DNA of 64,000 bases from Bacteroidota bacterium (GCA_022567305.1 JADFHF010000010.1:15830-79829), one strand, 5' to 3'. Numbered from the stretch's first letter, positions 8,640 through 19,088 are shown. Notes: generated by a model from the sequence alone, not told the origin. Numbers and translations are program-made.

Positions 8640-10229
8640 TCAGAGTAGCGTAGGAGTCGTTTCTTCCTGTCTGAGTTCAGGGTAATCACTCATGTAGTGC
8701 AACCCTCGACTCTCTTTTCTGGACTGGGAACTGCGGATAATGAGATAAGCCACCGCAATCATATTTCGAAGCTCACATAAAGGAGCAGAAACACGCGATT
8801 TCTTAAAAAAATCCTCTGTCTCCTCGTAGAGAAGTCTCGTTCGTCTAAAAGCCCTGTCCAATCGTAATTCTGATCTCACGATGCCGACATAGTCCCACAT
8901 CACACGCCTCAGTTCTTCCCTGTTGTGAGAAACAAGCACCCACTCCTGAGGATTCTCCGTGCCGCTTTCATCCCAGTCCGGAATGTCTTCTCTCCAATTC
9001 GAATTTCTACGGATCTCGAGAGCATGTTGGACCGCGCGATGGCCAACGACAAGGGCTTCGAGTAGAGAGTTGCTAGCGAGGCGGTTTGCTCCATGCAGAC
9101 CCGTACAGGCTACTTCACCGCAAGCAAGCAGGCGCTCGATGGACGACTGACCGTTCAAATCCGTTTTGACACCTCCACACATATAGTGCGCCGCCGGTAC
9201 GACCGGTATAGGATCTTTAGAGATGTCAATACCCACCGACAGGCAGGTAGAAAAAATCGTAGGGAAACGGGTTTGGAGAAAATCTTTGTTATGGTGGCTA
9301 ACGTCCAGAAGGGCGTGGGTGTTGCCACTTATCTTTAGTTGTTCATCAATGGCCCGCGCTACAATGTCCCGCGATGCCATCTCACCTCGCTCGTCGTAGT
9401 CGTCCATGAAGCGCCGACCGTCGAGGTCAGTAAGAATGGCTCCTTCGCCCCGTACTGCCTCTGAGATCAGAAAGGCACTGGAATCTTCGTGGTAGAGTGT
9501 GGTCGGATGGAACTGTACGAACTCCAGATTTTCGAGGCGGGCTTTCGCCCGGTAAGCCATCGCGATCCCGTCTCCTGTTGCAACTACGGGATTCGTTGTG
9601 TGCTGATAAACCTGGCCGGCTCCGCCAGCCGCGAGCAGTGTCACTTTGGCGAGGATCTTTTTAACTCGAGCAGCATGGTCATCCAAAACGTATGCCCCAA
9701 AACAGTGCGTGGTTCTCCCGGCTCGGGTCTGCTGTTCTACAAGATGGTGTTCTGTGATCAGCTCCAGAGCAAAATGGTGTTCCAGAATCAGGATATTCTT
9801 GTGGGTCCTTACCCGTTCAAGAAGAGACCGCTCCACCTCCTTGCCGGTCGCGTCGGCGGCGTAAACAATTCGATTCTCCTGATGGCCTCCCTCACGACCG
9901 AGCAGAAACGTGTTTTCATCCGATTTCGAAAATTTGGCCCCAAGCCTTTCCAGGGCTTCGATGCGTGCCGGGCCATCTTGAATAATAACCCGGACCACGT
10001 TAGGGTCGCATAGTCCGGCTCCGGCGTGAATGGTATCCTCAATATGCTTCTCAAAAGAATCGGTATCACCTAGCACGACCGCGATCCCACCCTGCGCATA
10101 ATTCGTATTGGATTCGACCGGCTCTTTCTTCGTTACGATGACCACGGTGCCAAACGAAGCCGCTTTGAGCGCGAACGTCAGCCCTGCGGCGCCGCTACCA
10201 ATTACCAGAAAATCGAATCGATCGTCCAT
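8640..10229 (-). CDS. nadB: L-aspartate oxidase
   Basis: IGSGAAGL, SNTNYAQGGI, GREGGH, EFVQFHPT, LISEAVRGEG, PAAHYMCGG, GLHGANRLASNSLLE, ESRGLHY. Confidence 0.96.
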   Translation of the reverse strand: MDDRFDFLVIGSGAAGLTFALKAASFGTVVIVTKKEPVESNTNYAQGGIAVVLGDTDSFEKHIEDTIHAGAGLCDPNVVRVIIQDGPARIEALERLGAKFSKSDENTFLLGREGGHQENRIVYAADATGKEVERSLLERVRTHKNILILEHHFALELITEHHLVEQQTRAGRTTHCFGAYVLDDHAARVKKILAKVTLLAAGGAGQVYQHTTNPVVATGDGIAMAYRAKARLENLEFVQFHPTTLYHEDSSAFLISEAVRGEGAILTDLDGRRFMDDYDERGEMASRDIVARAIDEQLKISGNTHALLDVSHHNKDFLQTRFPTIFSTCLSVGIDISKDPIPVVPAAHYMCGGVKTDLNGQSSIERLLACGEVACTGLHGANRLASNSLLEALVVGHRAVQHALEIRRNSNWREDIPDWDESGTENPQEWVLVSHNREELRRVMWDYVGIVRSELRLDRAFRRTRLLYEETEDFFKKSRVSAPLCELRNMIAVAYLIIRSSQSRKESRGLHYMSDYPELRQEETTPTLL

Positions 10230-10241
10230 GAGAGCGCCGGG

Positions 10242-11349
10242 TTACTTGCTTTCCCGGACTAGGAAAGCGCTGATAAAAGAATCCAGTTCGCCGTCCATCA
10301 CCGCGTGAACATCCGTGATTTTTGTCTCCGTCCGATGATCGTTCACCATCGTGTATGGCTGGAATACGTAAGAACGGATCTGAGAACCCCATTCAATTTT
10401 TTTCTTGCTTCCTTCAATCTCAGTCTTAGCGGCTTCTTGAATTTCCTGCTCAAGCTGATAGACGCGGCTTTTCAGCATCGTCATTGCACGATCCTTGTTT
10501 TGAAACTGGCTCCGTTCCTCCGTGCACTCTGCTACCACGCGTGCGTCTTCTCCGTTGGATAACGCTCCCGTCCAGATGAGTCGGACACCGGTCTCGACTT
10601 TGTTTACATTCTGACCACCTGCACCCCCAGAACGAAACGTCTGTAATTCAATCTGATCGCTTCTCAGTTCGATTTCTATTGTGTCATCTATTTCCGGATA
10701 AACAAAAACGCTTGCGAATGACGTATGCCGTCTACCGCTCGAATCAAATGGTGAAATTCGCACGAGTCGGTGCACGCCCGTCTCCGATTGCAGATACCCA
10801 AAAGCGTGACGTCCCGAAATGTGCAGCGTCGCAGACTTAATACCGGCGACGTCGCCTTCCTGGTATTCAAGCATCCGAACGTCGAACCCATTTCTTTCGC
10901 CATATCGGGTATACATTCTGAGCAGCATCTCGGCCCAGTCTTGACTCTCTGTACCCCCTGCGCCCGGGTGTATGGTTAGAATGGCATCGCGATGATCATC
11001 CGGACCCGAAAGCATGCTCTTCAGCTCGAGCGCAGACAAAAGCTTTTCGAGGGGGTCGTACTCGGCGCTGAGTTCGGCGTCGAGATCTTCGCCTTCCTCG
11101 GTAGCGAGTTCAATGAGGGTCTCCACATCATCCGCGCGATTGCGAATAGCGCTCCATTCGTTTAGCCACAATTTGAGGCCAGATATTTCCTTTTCGACCA
11201 ATTGAGCCTGGGATGGATCAGACCAGAACTCTGGATCCAGGCGCTTCGCCTCGAGTTTTTCGACCTCCCTCTGCTTCGTATCTACGTCAAAGATACCTCC
11301 CGAGCGTGTCAACACGCTCTAAGAGGTTACGTATCTGATCCTTCTCCAT
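10242..11349 (-). CDS. prfB: Peptide chain release factor 2, expressed through a programmed +1 frameshift
   Basis: The ATG at 11349 gives MEKDQIRNLLERVDTLGRYL-stop. The +1 frame continues DVDTKQREV... with GAGGTESQDW, the SPF anticodon-mimic motif, GGQ and WGSQIRSYV. Confidence 0.96.
11286..11301 (-). promoter_or_regulatory. prfB frameshift cassette: internal SD GGGAGG, then TAT, then CTT-TGA-C
   Basis: Minus strand GGGAGGTATCTTTGAC matches the canonical RF2 shift site. Confidence 0.95.
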
Positions 11350-11354
11350 GCCGG

Positions 11355-11750
11355 TTAACTAGTGTGATTCTGATTCGTTGAGATTATTTCTGAGCGTATG
11401 GTTGAACGCCTTGCTGAGCGTAATGCTGAGAGTGATGAACCAACCGCTCCGCCAAAAAGACCAAGCAGCGCACCTAGAAGAACGGTCAGGGCGTAAGTCG
11501 TGAATGGCGGAAGGCCGCCGATCAATTCGCCAATAACGCGGGCCATTTCAGCAACCTGATACGATGCTTGAAGATAACTGTATATAATGATTGCAGCCCA
11601 AGCGATAGCGACCCCAATTGAACCGACGATCCATCCTTTTTCACCAATCAGCCATCCGCCCAGTACAGCACCGAGAACACCCCACATCCAGCCGATGAGG
11701 AGATGAAGAATCAGGGTGGAAATGGCAACAATTAGAATGCCCTTTGTCAT
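11355..11750 (-). CDS. Small hypothetical multi-pass membrane protein
   Basis: 131 aa with about 4 hydrophobic Gly-rich segments; fills the gap between co-directional genes. Confidence 0.75.
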   Translation of the reverse strand: MTKGILIVAISTLILHLLIGWMWGVLGAVLGGWLIGEKGWIVGSIGVAIAWAAIIIYSYLQASYQVAEMARVIGELIGGLPPFTTYALTVLLGALLGLFGGAVGSSLSALRSARRSTIRSEIISTNQNHTS

Positions 11751-11786
11751 TATTGCTGGGGAGAATCGAGAAACAAGATGCTGATA

Positions 11787-12989
11787 TCAGCCGCGAATCG
11801 TTACAACTTCTTCCTGCCTTTGTTGAGCGAAGCGGGCAATACGCGCGACGGCCTCCTCAATATTTTCCAAAGAGTTGGCATACGAACAGCGTATGTACCC
11901 CTTTCCACTGGGTCCGAAAGCGTCACCCGGGACGACTGCGACATGTTCCGCCTCCAACAACTCCTGGGCGAAGTCTTCGGAGGAAAGACCGGTTGACGAA
12001 ATATCCGGGAAGCAATAAAAGGCGCCTTCGGGCTCAAACGTAGGCAGACCTGTGCTTCGGAATCCGTCCACAATGGTTCGTCTCCGCACGTCGTAGGCCT
12101 GACGCATTCGTTCTACGTCGTCCTGGCATTCCTGAAGACCCGCTACGGCGCCGTATTGCGCTGCCGAAGGTGCACTCATGATGATATACTGGTGCAGCTT
12201 GTACATCGCCTCGTAAATGGCACCCGGGGCGCAAGCGTAGCCCACTCTCCAACCGGTCATCGCATATGCTTTTGAAAATCCGCCAAGTAATATCGTACGC
12301 TCCCTGAGTGCCGGTATGCTCGAGAGACATGTGTGGCCCGCCTCATGCGCATCACCATAAATCAATCGATCATAAATCTCATCAGAAAAAACAATCAAAT
12401 CGTGCTTTACGACAACTTCAGCAATCTCTTCTAACGTTTCTCGGCGAAGTACCGCACCCGTCGGATTATTCGGATATGAAAGAAAGAGGACCTTTGATTT
12501 CGGCGTAATGCGAGATTCAATGTCTTCGGCTGTGACTTGAAAATCGTTAGTGACCAATGTGGGTACGTACACCACGTCGGCCCCCGCAAAAATGGACGTC
12601 GGTCCATACGACACAAAGCAGGGTTCCGGAATAAGGATTTCATCACCAGGCTCGAGCAAAGCCAGCATAGCGAGTTGAACGGCCTCACTCACTCCGACGG
12701 TTACGAGTATTTCATGGTCCGGATCAAACGAAACGTCGTACAATCTTTTCAGCTCATCGGCAATGGCACTCCGAAGTTCAGGTATTCCGGCGTTGGCCGT
12801 ATAGCCAGTGAACCCATTATCCATCGATTCCTTTGCCGCTTCGATGATTTTGGATGGCGAAACGAAGTCAGGCTCGCCAATGCCTAACGATATTACGTCC
12901 TCCATCGTAGCTGCAATCTCAAAAAAACGCCTGATACCACTAGGTGGAACAGAGGTGACCCGGTTCGTAAGTCGATCTTTTAGATTCAT
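11787..12989 (-). CDS. PLP-dependent aminotransferase class I/II (AspC/PatA-like)
   Basis: ISLGIGEPDF, PNNPTG, SDEIY, GFSKAYAMTGWRVG (PLP Lys), GAFY, VVPGDAFG. Confidence 0.93.
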   Translation of the reverse strand: MNLKDRLTNRVTSVPPSGIRRFFEIAATMEDVISLGIGEPDFVSPSKIIEAAKESMDNGFTGYTANAGIPELRSAIADELKRLYDVSFDPDHEILVTVGVSEAVQLAMLALLEPGDEILIPEPCFVSYGPTSIFAGADVVYVPTLVTNDFQVTAEDIESRITPKSKVLFLSYPNNPTGAVLRRETLEEIAEVVVKHDLIVFSDEIYDRLIYGDAHEAGHTCLSSIPALRERTILLGGFSKAYAMTGWRVGYACAPGAIYEAMYKLHQYIIMSAPSAAQYGAVAGLQECQDDVERMRQAYDVRRRTIVDGFRSTGLPTFEPEGAFYCFPDISSTGLSSEDFAQELLEAEHVAVVPGDAFGPSGKGYIRCSYANSLENIEEAVARIARFAQQRQEEVVTIRG

Positions 12990-13259
12990 GATTTAGGCTC
13001 GGAGAACCCCCCCGGTGATACCATCGGTGTCGGTGATATGCGTGTTTCCACGGCTTCAACGACTAAATATACGTCGAGACCAATAGGTGCGAGTGAACAA
13101 TCCACGCAGAATCTTTGCTTGTCTCTCGGATGAACTCAGTCTAATTTTTTTAGGAAACAGGTAAATCCTGAAGAACACATTGAATCCATCTAAAGAATCA
13201 AACCGATAGAACTAGAAAACCCTCAGTAAGCTTCTAGGCTATCAGACTAACTTTAATTT

Positions 13260-14771
13260 ATGTCGGAACAGCACAAAAATTACATCGACGGCATCTGGCA
13301 GGATGCGGCAAGCAGGAAAACATTTGATGACATAAACCCAGCTGTGAATAGTGATAAGATCGGAGCGTTCCCCAATTCAGGTGTAGAAGATGTCGATGAT
13401 GCCGTTCGAGCAGCACGCAGGGCGTTCCAATCGTGGAGCAGGATGCCTGCGCCTGAACGCGGAAATATTCTCAAGAACATCGGAGATATTCTGACGGATA
13501 GGAAATCTAAAATGGCGTTTGAAATGACCCGAGAAATGGGAAAGCCGTTTTTGGAGACCAAGGGCGACGTCCAGGAGGCCATCGATACCGCCTACTATGC
13601 CGCCAGTGAGACCAGGCGTCTTTTTGGGCACACGGTTCCGAGCGAACTTCCGAGCAAATTCAACATGAGCATCCGACGACCGATCGGGGTTTGCGGAATC
13701 ATTTCAGCCTGGAATTTTCCGGTTGCAGTACCCACGTGGAAGATATTTCCAGCCCTTGCATGCGGGAACACGGTTGTTTTCAAACCTAGTTCCGATGCGC
13801 CGCATAGTGGTGCGTTGCTAATCAAGGCGATGGCAGACGCTGGCGTGCCACCAGGGGTCCTGAATCTTACACAGGGAAGCGGGGGCGTTGGACGGGCCAT
13901 CGTAGAGCACCCCGATGTTAATGTCGTTTCATTTACAGGATCGACCGCTGTCGGCTCCAAGATCGGCGAGGCGTGCGGTCGGATGCACAAGCGCGTAACT
14001 CTGGAACTTGGCGGAAAAAACCCGATGATTGTCATGCAGGACGCCAATCTAGATTTGGCGTTGGAGGGCCTTCTCTGGGGAGCGTTTGGAACGACAGGGC
14101 AGCGATGCACCGCCACGAGCAGACTGATCATACACGAAGATGTGCATGACGAGTTTGTGGGGATGCTGAAAGAAGCCTCTGAAAAACTGAAACTGGGTTA
14201 TGGAAACGAGGAGACGACCGAAGTGGGTCCGGTGATCAATAAGCGTGCGCTTGAGACCATCATCAAATATGTTCAGGTAGGAAAAGACGAGGGCGCTACC
14301 ATGATTTGCGGTGGAAATGTACCCAAGGGAGATGGCGTTGACGCCGGCTTCTTCTTCGAGCCCACCATCTTCACGGATGTAACACCTACCATGCGTATAG
14401 CGAAAGAAGAAATCTTCGGCCCCGTGCTGGCTGTCCTGAAGATCTCGTCGTATGAAGAAGCCATTGAAGTGGCCAACAACGTCGAGTACGGCCTTTCGTC
14501 ATCGATCTATACACAAGACGTATCGGTGGCATTCAATGCGATGCACGATATTGAGGCTGGAATTACATACATCAACGGTCCAACGATTGGCGCCGAAGCT
14601 CACATGCCGTTCGGAGGAGTCAAAGCCACCGGAAACGGACACCGAGAAGGAGGATGGGAGGTATACGATTTTTACACAGAAACGAAAACGGTATACGTGG
14701 ACTACAGTGGTACACTCCAAAAGGCGCAGATCGACAATACGCGAGACCGGATCACGATACCAGCTCAGTAA
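13260..14771 (+). CDS. NAD(P)-dependent aldehyde dehydrogenase
   Basis: WNFP, FKPS, FTGST, LELGGKNP, GQRCTA (catalytic Cys), EEIFGP, PFGG; substrate not determinable. Confidence 0.95.
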   Translation: MSEQHKNYIDGIWQDAASRKTFDDINPAVNSDKIGAFPNSGVEDVDDAVRAARRAFQSWSRMPAPERGNILKNIGDILTDRKSKMAFEMTREMGKPFLETKGDVQEAIDTAYYAASETRRLFGHTVPSELPSKFNMSIRRPIGVCGIISAWNFPVAVPTWKIFPALACGNTVVFKPSSDAPHSGALLIKAMADAGVPPGVLNLTQGSGGVGRAIVEHPDVNVVSFTGSTAVGSKIGEACGRMHKRVTLELGGKNPMIVMQDANLDLALEGLLWGAFGTTGQRCTATSRLIIHEDVHDEFVGMLKEASEKLKLGYGNEETTEVGPVINKRALETIIKYVQVGKDEGATMICGGNVPKGDGVDAGFFFEPTIFTDVTPTMRIAKEEIFGPVLAVLKISSYEEAIEVANNVEYGLSSSIYTQDVSVAFNAMHDIEAGITYINGPTIGAEAHMPFGGVKATGNGHREGGWEVYDFYTETKTVYVDYSGTLQKAQIDNTRDRITIPAQ

Positions 14772-15535
14772 ATCTCCGGTACAAATTTGTGTCCCTGTAA
14801 TGGCGGCCGCTCGTTGGGCTTGTCTTCCGGACGGTCCGGGAAGTCTATCTCGTCGGGCGGCAGTTCTTTGTATGGAATCTGTTGCAAGAGGTGGTGTATA
14901 CAGTTTAGGCGCGCTCGCCTTTTGTTGTCAGCACGAACGATCGACCAGGGACATTCCTCCGTATCTGTCGAATTCAGCATAATGTCCGTTGCCGTCGTGT
15001 ACTCAGTCCACTTGAGGCGAGAGGCCAAATCAATCTGCGTTATTTTCCATCGTTTCGTGGGATCTTTGAGCCGTGCGCGTAGCCTACGTTCCTGTTCTTT
15101 CGCACTCACAAAAAACCAGAACTTGATCAGAATAATCCCTGACCGAACGAGCATTCGTTCAAAGTTTGGACAGGCCTTCAAAAAATCCTGAACCTCGTCG
15201 TCGGAGCAAAATCCCATCACTTTCTCGACGCCGGAGCGGTTATACCAGCTTCGGTCAAAAAGAACCATTTCTCCTTCTGCGGGAAGGTGCGTTACGTATC
15301 GTTGGAAATACCACTGAGATGATTCTCGTTCGGTCGGTTTGTTCAGTGCGACGACCCGGCAAACTCGTGGATTCATCACCTGGGTGATCCGTTTGATGGC
15401 TCCCCCCTTTCCCGCGGCATCGCGACCTTCAAAAATGACGGCAACCCGAAGATCTTGGTGCTTGATCCATCGCTGTAGATTTGTCAGCTCGAGATGAAGT
15501 TTAACCAGCTCTTTCTCGTACGTTTTTCTTTTCAT
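14765..15535 (-). CDS. ppk2: Polyphosphate kinase 2 (single domain)
   Basis: FEGRDAAGKGG Walker A, WYFQRY, LFDRSWYNR, DPTKRWK, KRRARLN; the ATG at 15535 is preferred over the upstream TTG. Confidence 0.95.
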   Translation of the reverse strand: MKRKTYEKELVKLHLELTNLQRWIKHQDLRVAVIFEGRDAAGKGGAIKRITQVMNPRVCRVVALNKPTERESSQWYFQRYVTHLPAEGEMVLFDRSWYNRSGVEKVMGFCSDDEVQDFLKACPNFERMLVRSGIILIKFWFFVSAKEQERRLRARLKDPTKRWKITQIDLASRLKWTEYTTATDIMLNSTDTEECPWSIVRADNKRRARLNCIHHLLQQIPYKELPPDEIDFPDRPEDKPNERPPLQGHKFVPEIY

Positions 15536-15733
15536 ACTCGATATTTTCCAATCCCGATAAACGTTGTCCAAATATAAGTCGAAAGTTCACTTCACCCTTG
15601 TGGCCTTCAAGAGGGGTACATGTAGATATTAGTACTCAGGTAACACGGACTCATGAACCGAGCAACTCGGAGCTGATTCACCATGGTTCGGTAGTACCAT
15701 CACCTGCCCGAAGCAGGATTTAAGCTGAATAAA

Positions 15734-16744
15734 ATGAGGATGATTTTGCACAGAAAAAGATGGATCTACGTGGCGGGACTAACGATCTGCACCTTCATTC
15801 AGTTACCAAAAACATCAGCGATCGCCCAAAATGCGTTTAGCTTCGGTAGTCGCGTCTATGCTGACTACTCATATGTTGTAAAATCAGCTTCAGGCGAGGA
15901 AGACGGTACCAATGCCTTCGGTTACAGACGGGTTTACTTTACTGCGAATTACGTAAAATCGGATCGTTTCTCTGGTCGTTTTCGGCTGGAAGCCAATGAT
16001 GGTTCAACTACCGCTCAGGGCAAGCCCGCCCCATTCGTCAAGGACTTGTATTTAAAGTGGAAAGGCGCCCTGGGCTCCGGACATGATCTCGTCATGGGCG
16101 TAAGTCGCCCGCCGTCATGGGGAGTATCCGAGTCGGTGTGGGGATACCGGAGCCTCATCAAAGCGCTCCAGGACCGGGGTAAAATATTGTCGTCAAGAGA
16201 CTTGGGAGTGGCCATAAAAGGGCCCCTCACGCCCAATGGAATCGTCCGTTATGGAGTAATGATTGCCAATAATGAAAGTGTTTCGCGTGAGACGGATAAG
16301 CATAAGCGTTTGTATGGTCAGCTCGAAATCTATCCTTCTGACGGACTTTCCTTCACTGTAGGGGGCGATTTCGCGTCTTACGAAGATGGTAGCGCAATCA
16401 ACGTAAATGCGTTTGCTGGGTATTCTTCTTTTGAATTCAGAGTCGGTGTAGAAGGATATTATAATCCCAGGTCATTTGACGATATCTCTGACGACCTGCT
16501 AAAGACAGGAATCTCAATATTCGTTGTTGCCCAGCCTTCTAGATTGTCGTCTGCGATCATCAGAATAGATAGACTGGCTCAAGATTTTCTCGGAGTCCGA
16601 ACGACGAAGACGATGATTCTGGCAGGAATCGGTTTCACGATCGAACCCGGTGTCGAGATCATTCCGAACGCCATTGTTTCTAAGGAAAGCGAACAGGATG
16701 ATCCCACAGTAACCGGGCGGGTGACACTTTATGTCAAGATCTGA
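15734..16744 (+). CDS. Putative outer-membrane beta-barrel porin (possibly phosphate-porin-like)
   Basis: Signal-peptide-like N-terminus, alternating amphipathic strands, and FGYRRVYFT, PFVKDLYLKW, WGYRS, SSRDLGV segments; substrate is inference. Confidence 0.6.
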   Translation: MRMILHRKRWIYVAGLTICTFIQLPKTSAIAQNAFSFGSRVYADYSYVVKSASGEEDGTNAFGYRRVYFTANYVKSDRFSGRFRLEANDGSTTAQGKPAPFVKDLYLKWKGALGSGHDLVMGVSRPPSWGVSESVWGYRSLIKALQDRGKILSSRDLGVAIKGPLTPNGIVRYGVMIANNESVSRETDKHKRLYGQLEIYPSDGLSFTVGGDFASYEDGSAINVNAFAGYSSFEFRVGVEGYYNPRSFDDISDDLLKTGISIFVVAQPSRLSSAIIRIDRLAQDFLGVRTTKTMILAGIGFTIEPGVEIIPNAIVSKESEQDDPTVTGRVTLYVKI

Positions 16745-16817
16745 TCACGTAAGAAATTGCGAAAAATTGTCATCCACCCACTCTCGGATAAGACGCAAAG
16801 AGAAGCTGTGTCGAGAT

Positions 16818-18035
16818 TTAAGCTCCCTCCACCTCGCGGGATTCTGACTTGGATTCAGCTACCTCCGTTTGGGTAGAGATATCTCTTGCGACGTAGGCGG
16901 ATATGGTCTGCATGATCGAACGAATCGCTTCATCCTCGTCGAAATTTTGAATAATCGGAATGTTGAAATGGTCCGCTTCGGCGAGCAGGAACGACTGCAG
17001 ATTCCAAATATGGTCAAAATTTTCCAAGTAGCGCTCAGATCTTCGAGATGTGGCCTGCTGTCCACGGCCGACGAGTCGATTTCTAAGTCTTTTCTTTTTG
17101 AGAACAGCCAGAATAATTGGGACGACAAGCGCATCGGACTGATCGGCAATCTGTTGCTGCGAGGCTGGATGTACATGCACACCTTCCAGAATCAGAGAAA
17201 CCCGTTCGTTCTCTGCCCTCTTTAAGACGCCCTCAATTCCGACTCCAACCTGTTCCGACTGGCGCAGATATCCCGCGATCATGGAAGGTTGGTCCAACCT
17301 TTCGTGCTCAGATTCCCCTTGAGGAAACGTCTTGTACGCGTTGAATGACGACGTATGGAGCGTCGGAGAGAGTCTGGCCGGAATCATCAATCGCATGACT
17401 TCCCGAAGCATGTCAGTCGACTGCGTACGAACGATATCTAAACGATGGGCTAATTCGGAGCCGAGCGTACTCTTCCCGCTTCCGTTCGTACCCCCTATCA
17501 AAAGGATAAGGGGCTTGCCACTCATACCGAATTCCCTCCACTGCAGATACCGTTCAGCAGTTTCATCTCCGGCGTTCTGTCGAATGGCCCGAAACGTCCT
17601 ATCCGAGACTTCGGAGGAAGAAATTTCCGTCATATGTGCGGAAATGATACCCGCTTGAATAGACTGGGTGATGTGGTACGTTTGATCCTGGTCCATCCCG
17701 CATATCTCCATGGACTGAGACAAGCGCCCTTTTGAGAAGGGTACCTCGCTACCGTCTCTTCGAATGATGTGTATCGTAGAAGCGGGGAGTGCTCCTTCTT
17801 GGTACGTCTCCAGTTGTTGTTCGTAACCGTGATCCTGAAGATATTTAGAGACGACCTCTCGAAGTTCGTTGGATGATATTTTGGAACGATCGGCGAGCGA
17901 GCGTCGGATTTTATCGGATATCTTGTACGCATCATCGAATGGAACTCCACTTCTCTGTAGGGAGCGCGTTAATATTCCCCGGAGGAAGGGTATCTCACTA
18001 CCGTCGCGTTCATCGATGACGTGAATCTTTTGCAT
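16818..18035 (-). CDS. 2-phosphoglycerate-kinase-like P-loop kinase with two N-terminal ATP-cone-like domains
   Basis: Two repeats (VIDERDGSEIPFLRGILTRSL / IIRRDGSEVPFSKGRLSQSM), then LILLIGGTNGSGKST, STDMLREVMR, PTLHTSSF, ILEGVH. Confidence 0.8.
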   Translation of the reverse strand: MQKIHVIDERDGSEIPFLRGILTRSLQRSGVPFDDAYKISDKIRRSLADRSKISSNELREVVSKYLQDHGYEQQLETYQEGALPASTIHIIRRDGSEVPFSKGRLSQSMEICGMDQDQTYHITQSIQAGIISAHMTEISSSEVSDRTFRAIRQNAGDETAERYLQWREFGMSGKPLILLIGGTNGSGKSTLGSELAHRLDIVRTQSTDMLREVMRLMIPARLSPTLHTSSFNAYKTFPQGESEHERLDQPSMIAGYLRQSEQVGVGIEGVLKRAENERVSLILEGVHVHPASQQQIADQSDALVVPIILAVLKKKRLRNRLVGRGQQATSRRSERYLENFDHIWNLQSFLLAEADHFNIPIIQNFDEDEAIRSIMQTISAYVARDISTQTEVAESKSESREVEGA

Positions 18036-18145
18036 TTTGGAAACGAGTCAATAGGGGTCGATTATTGATTCACAAGTTCGGAATATATTCAGATCAGACA
18101 TCTCATACGTTCATTGTTGAAAAGTTCTAGTCTCCGTTACCTCCC

Positions 18146-19087
18146 ATGATAACCATTGACGATCGTGCGCTGGTTCGAATGTTGGACTTTCCATCACTAA
18201 TCGATGCCATACAAGTGGCTTTTAGGTCGGATTCGATTGTCCCGGAGCGACATCATCATACGATTTCAGTGCCTGAACGCCTGGACGCGACTCTGCTTTT
18301 AATGCCGGCCTGGTGTAGTGGCCAATATGTGGGAATTAAAACCGCAACGATTTTTCCATCAAACGCTAGCGTCGGACTTCCCTCCGTGATGGCTACATAC
18401 CTTTTACTCGACGGGAGTACGGGCTCTCCGCTCGCGACCATCGACGGGAAAATGTTAACCGTATTGAGAACCGCTGCGACCTCCGCATGGGCCTCTCATA
18501 TCCTTTCACGTTCGGATGCAACTACCATGACGATGGTTGGAGCCGGATCTTTGGCGATTCCTCTGGTCACCGCTCACGCATCCGTAAGATACTTTGAGCG
18601 GATTCATGTATGGAATCGGTCCACTGAAAATGCTGAACGAGTTGTGCAAGAGCTTTTAGAGAAAGGACTTCCTGCAAGCATTTCGACTGATCTGGAGGAA
18701 TCTGTTCGGAGTTCGGATATTATTTCGTGTGCCACACTGAGCAGAGAGCCTCTCATTCTCGGTCGTTGGATACGCGAAGGGTCCCATATTGACCTGGTAG
18801 GCGCCTACACGGCCGAGATGAGAGAGTCCGACGACGCGCTCATCGCTATGAGTCAGGTCTTTGTGGACAGTTACGCGGGTGCAAAATCCGAAGCCGGTGA
18901 CCTGGTTCAAGCCGCTGCAAGCGGAGTATGGAATTTCGACTCGATCAAGGCGGATCTCAAGGCACTTGCCACGGGTCAGTCGAACGGTCGAATATCGGAT
19001 TCCGAGATTACAGTGTTCAAATCCGTCGGTTCAGCCATCGAAGATTTAGCTGCTGCGAGTCTGGCCTTCGAAAAGATGCAAAGATAA
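18146..19087 (+). CDS. Ornithine cyclodeaminase / mu-crystallin family protein (imine reductase-like)
   Basis: LLLMPAW, LTVLRTAATSA, GAGSLA, HIDLVGAYTAEMRE, TVFKSVGSAIEDLAAA. Confidence 0.92.
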   Translation: MITIDDRALVRMLDFPSLIDAIQVAFRSDSIVPERHHHTISVPERLDATLLLMPAWCSGQYVGIKTATIFPSNASVGLPSVMATYLLLDGSTGSPLATIDGKMLTVLRTAATSAWASHILSRSDATTMTMVGAGSLAIPLVTAHASVRYFERIHVWNRSTENAERVVQELLEKGLPASISTDLEESVRSSDIISCATLSREPLILGRWIREGSHIDLVGAYTAEMRESDDALIAMSQVFVDSYAGAKSEAGDLVQAAASGVWNFDSIKADLKALATGQSNGRISDSEITVFKSVGSAIEDLAAASLAFEKMQR

Positions 19088-19088
19088 T

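Noticed and set aside
10242-11349. prfB as a frameshifted pseudogene or sequencing error
   Set aside because: It has the canonical CTT-TGA-C shift site with an upstream SD.
15536-15733. Pho box between ppk2 and the porin
   Set aside because: No convincing 11-bp-period GTCA(T/C)-type direct repeat was found.
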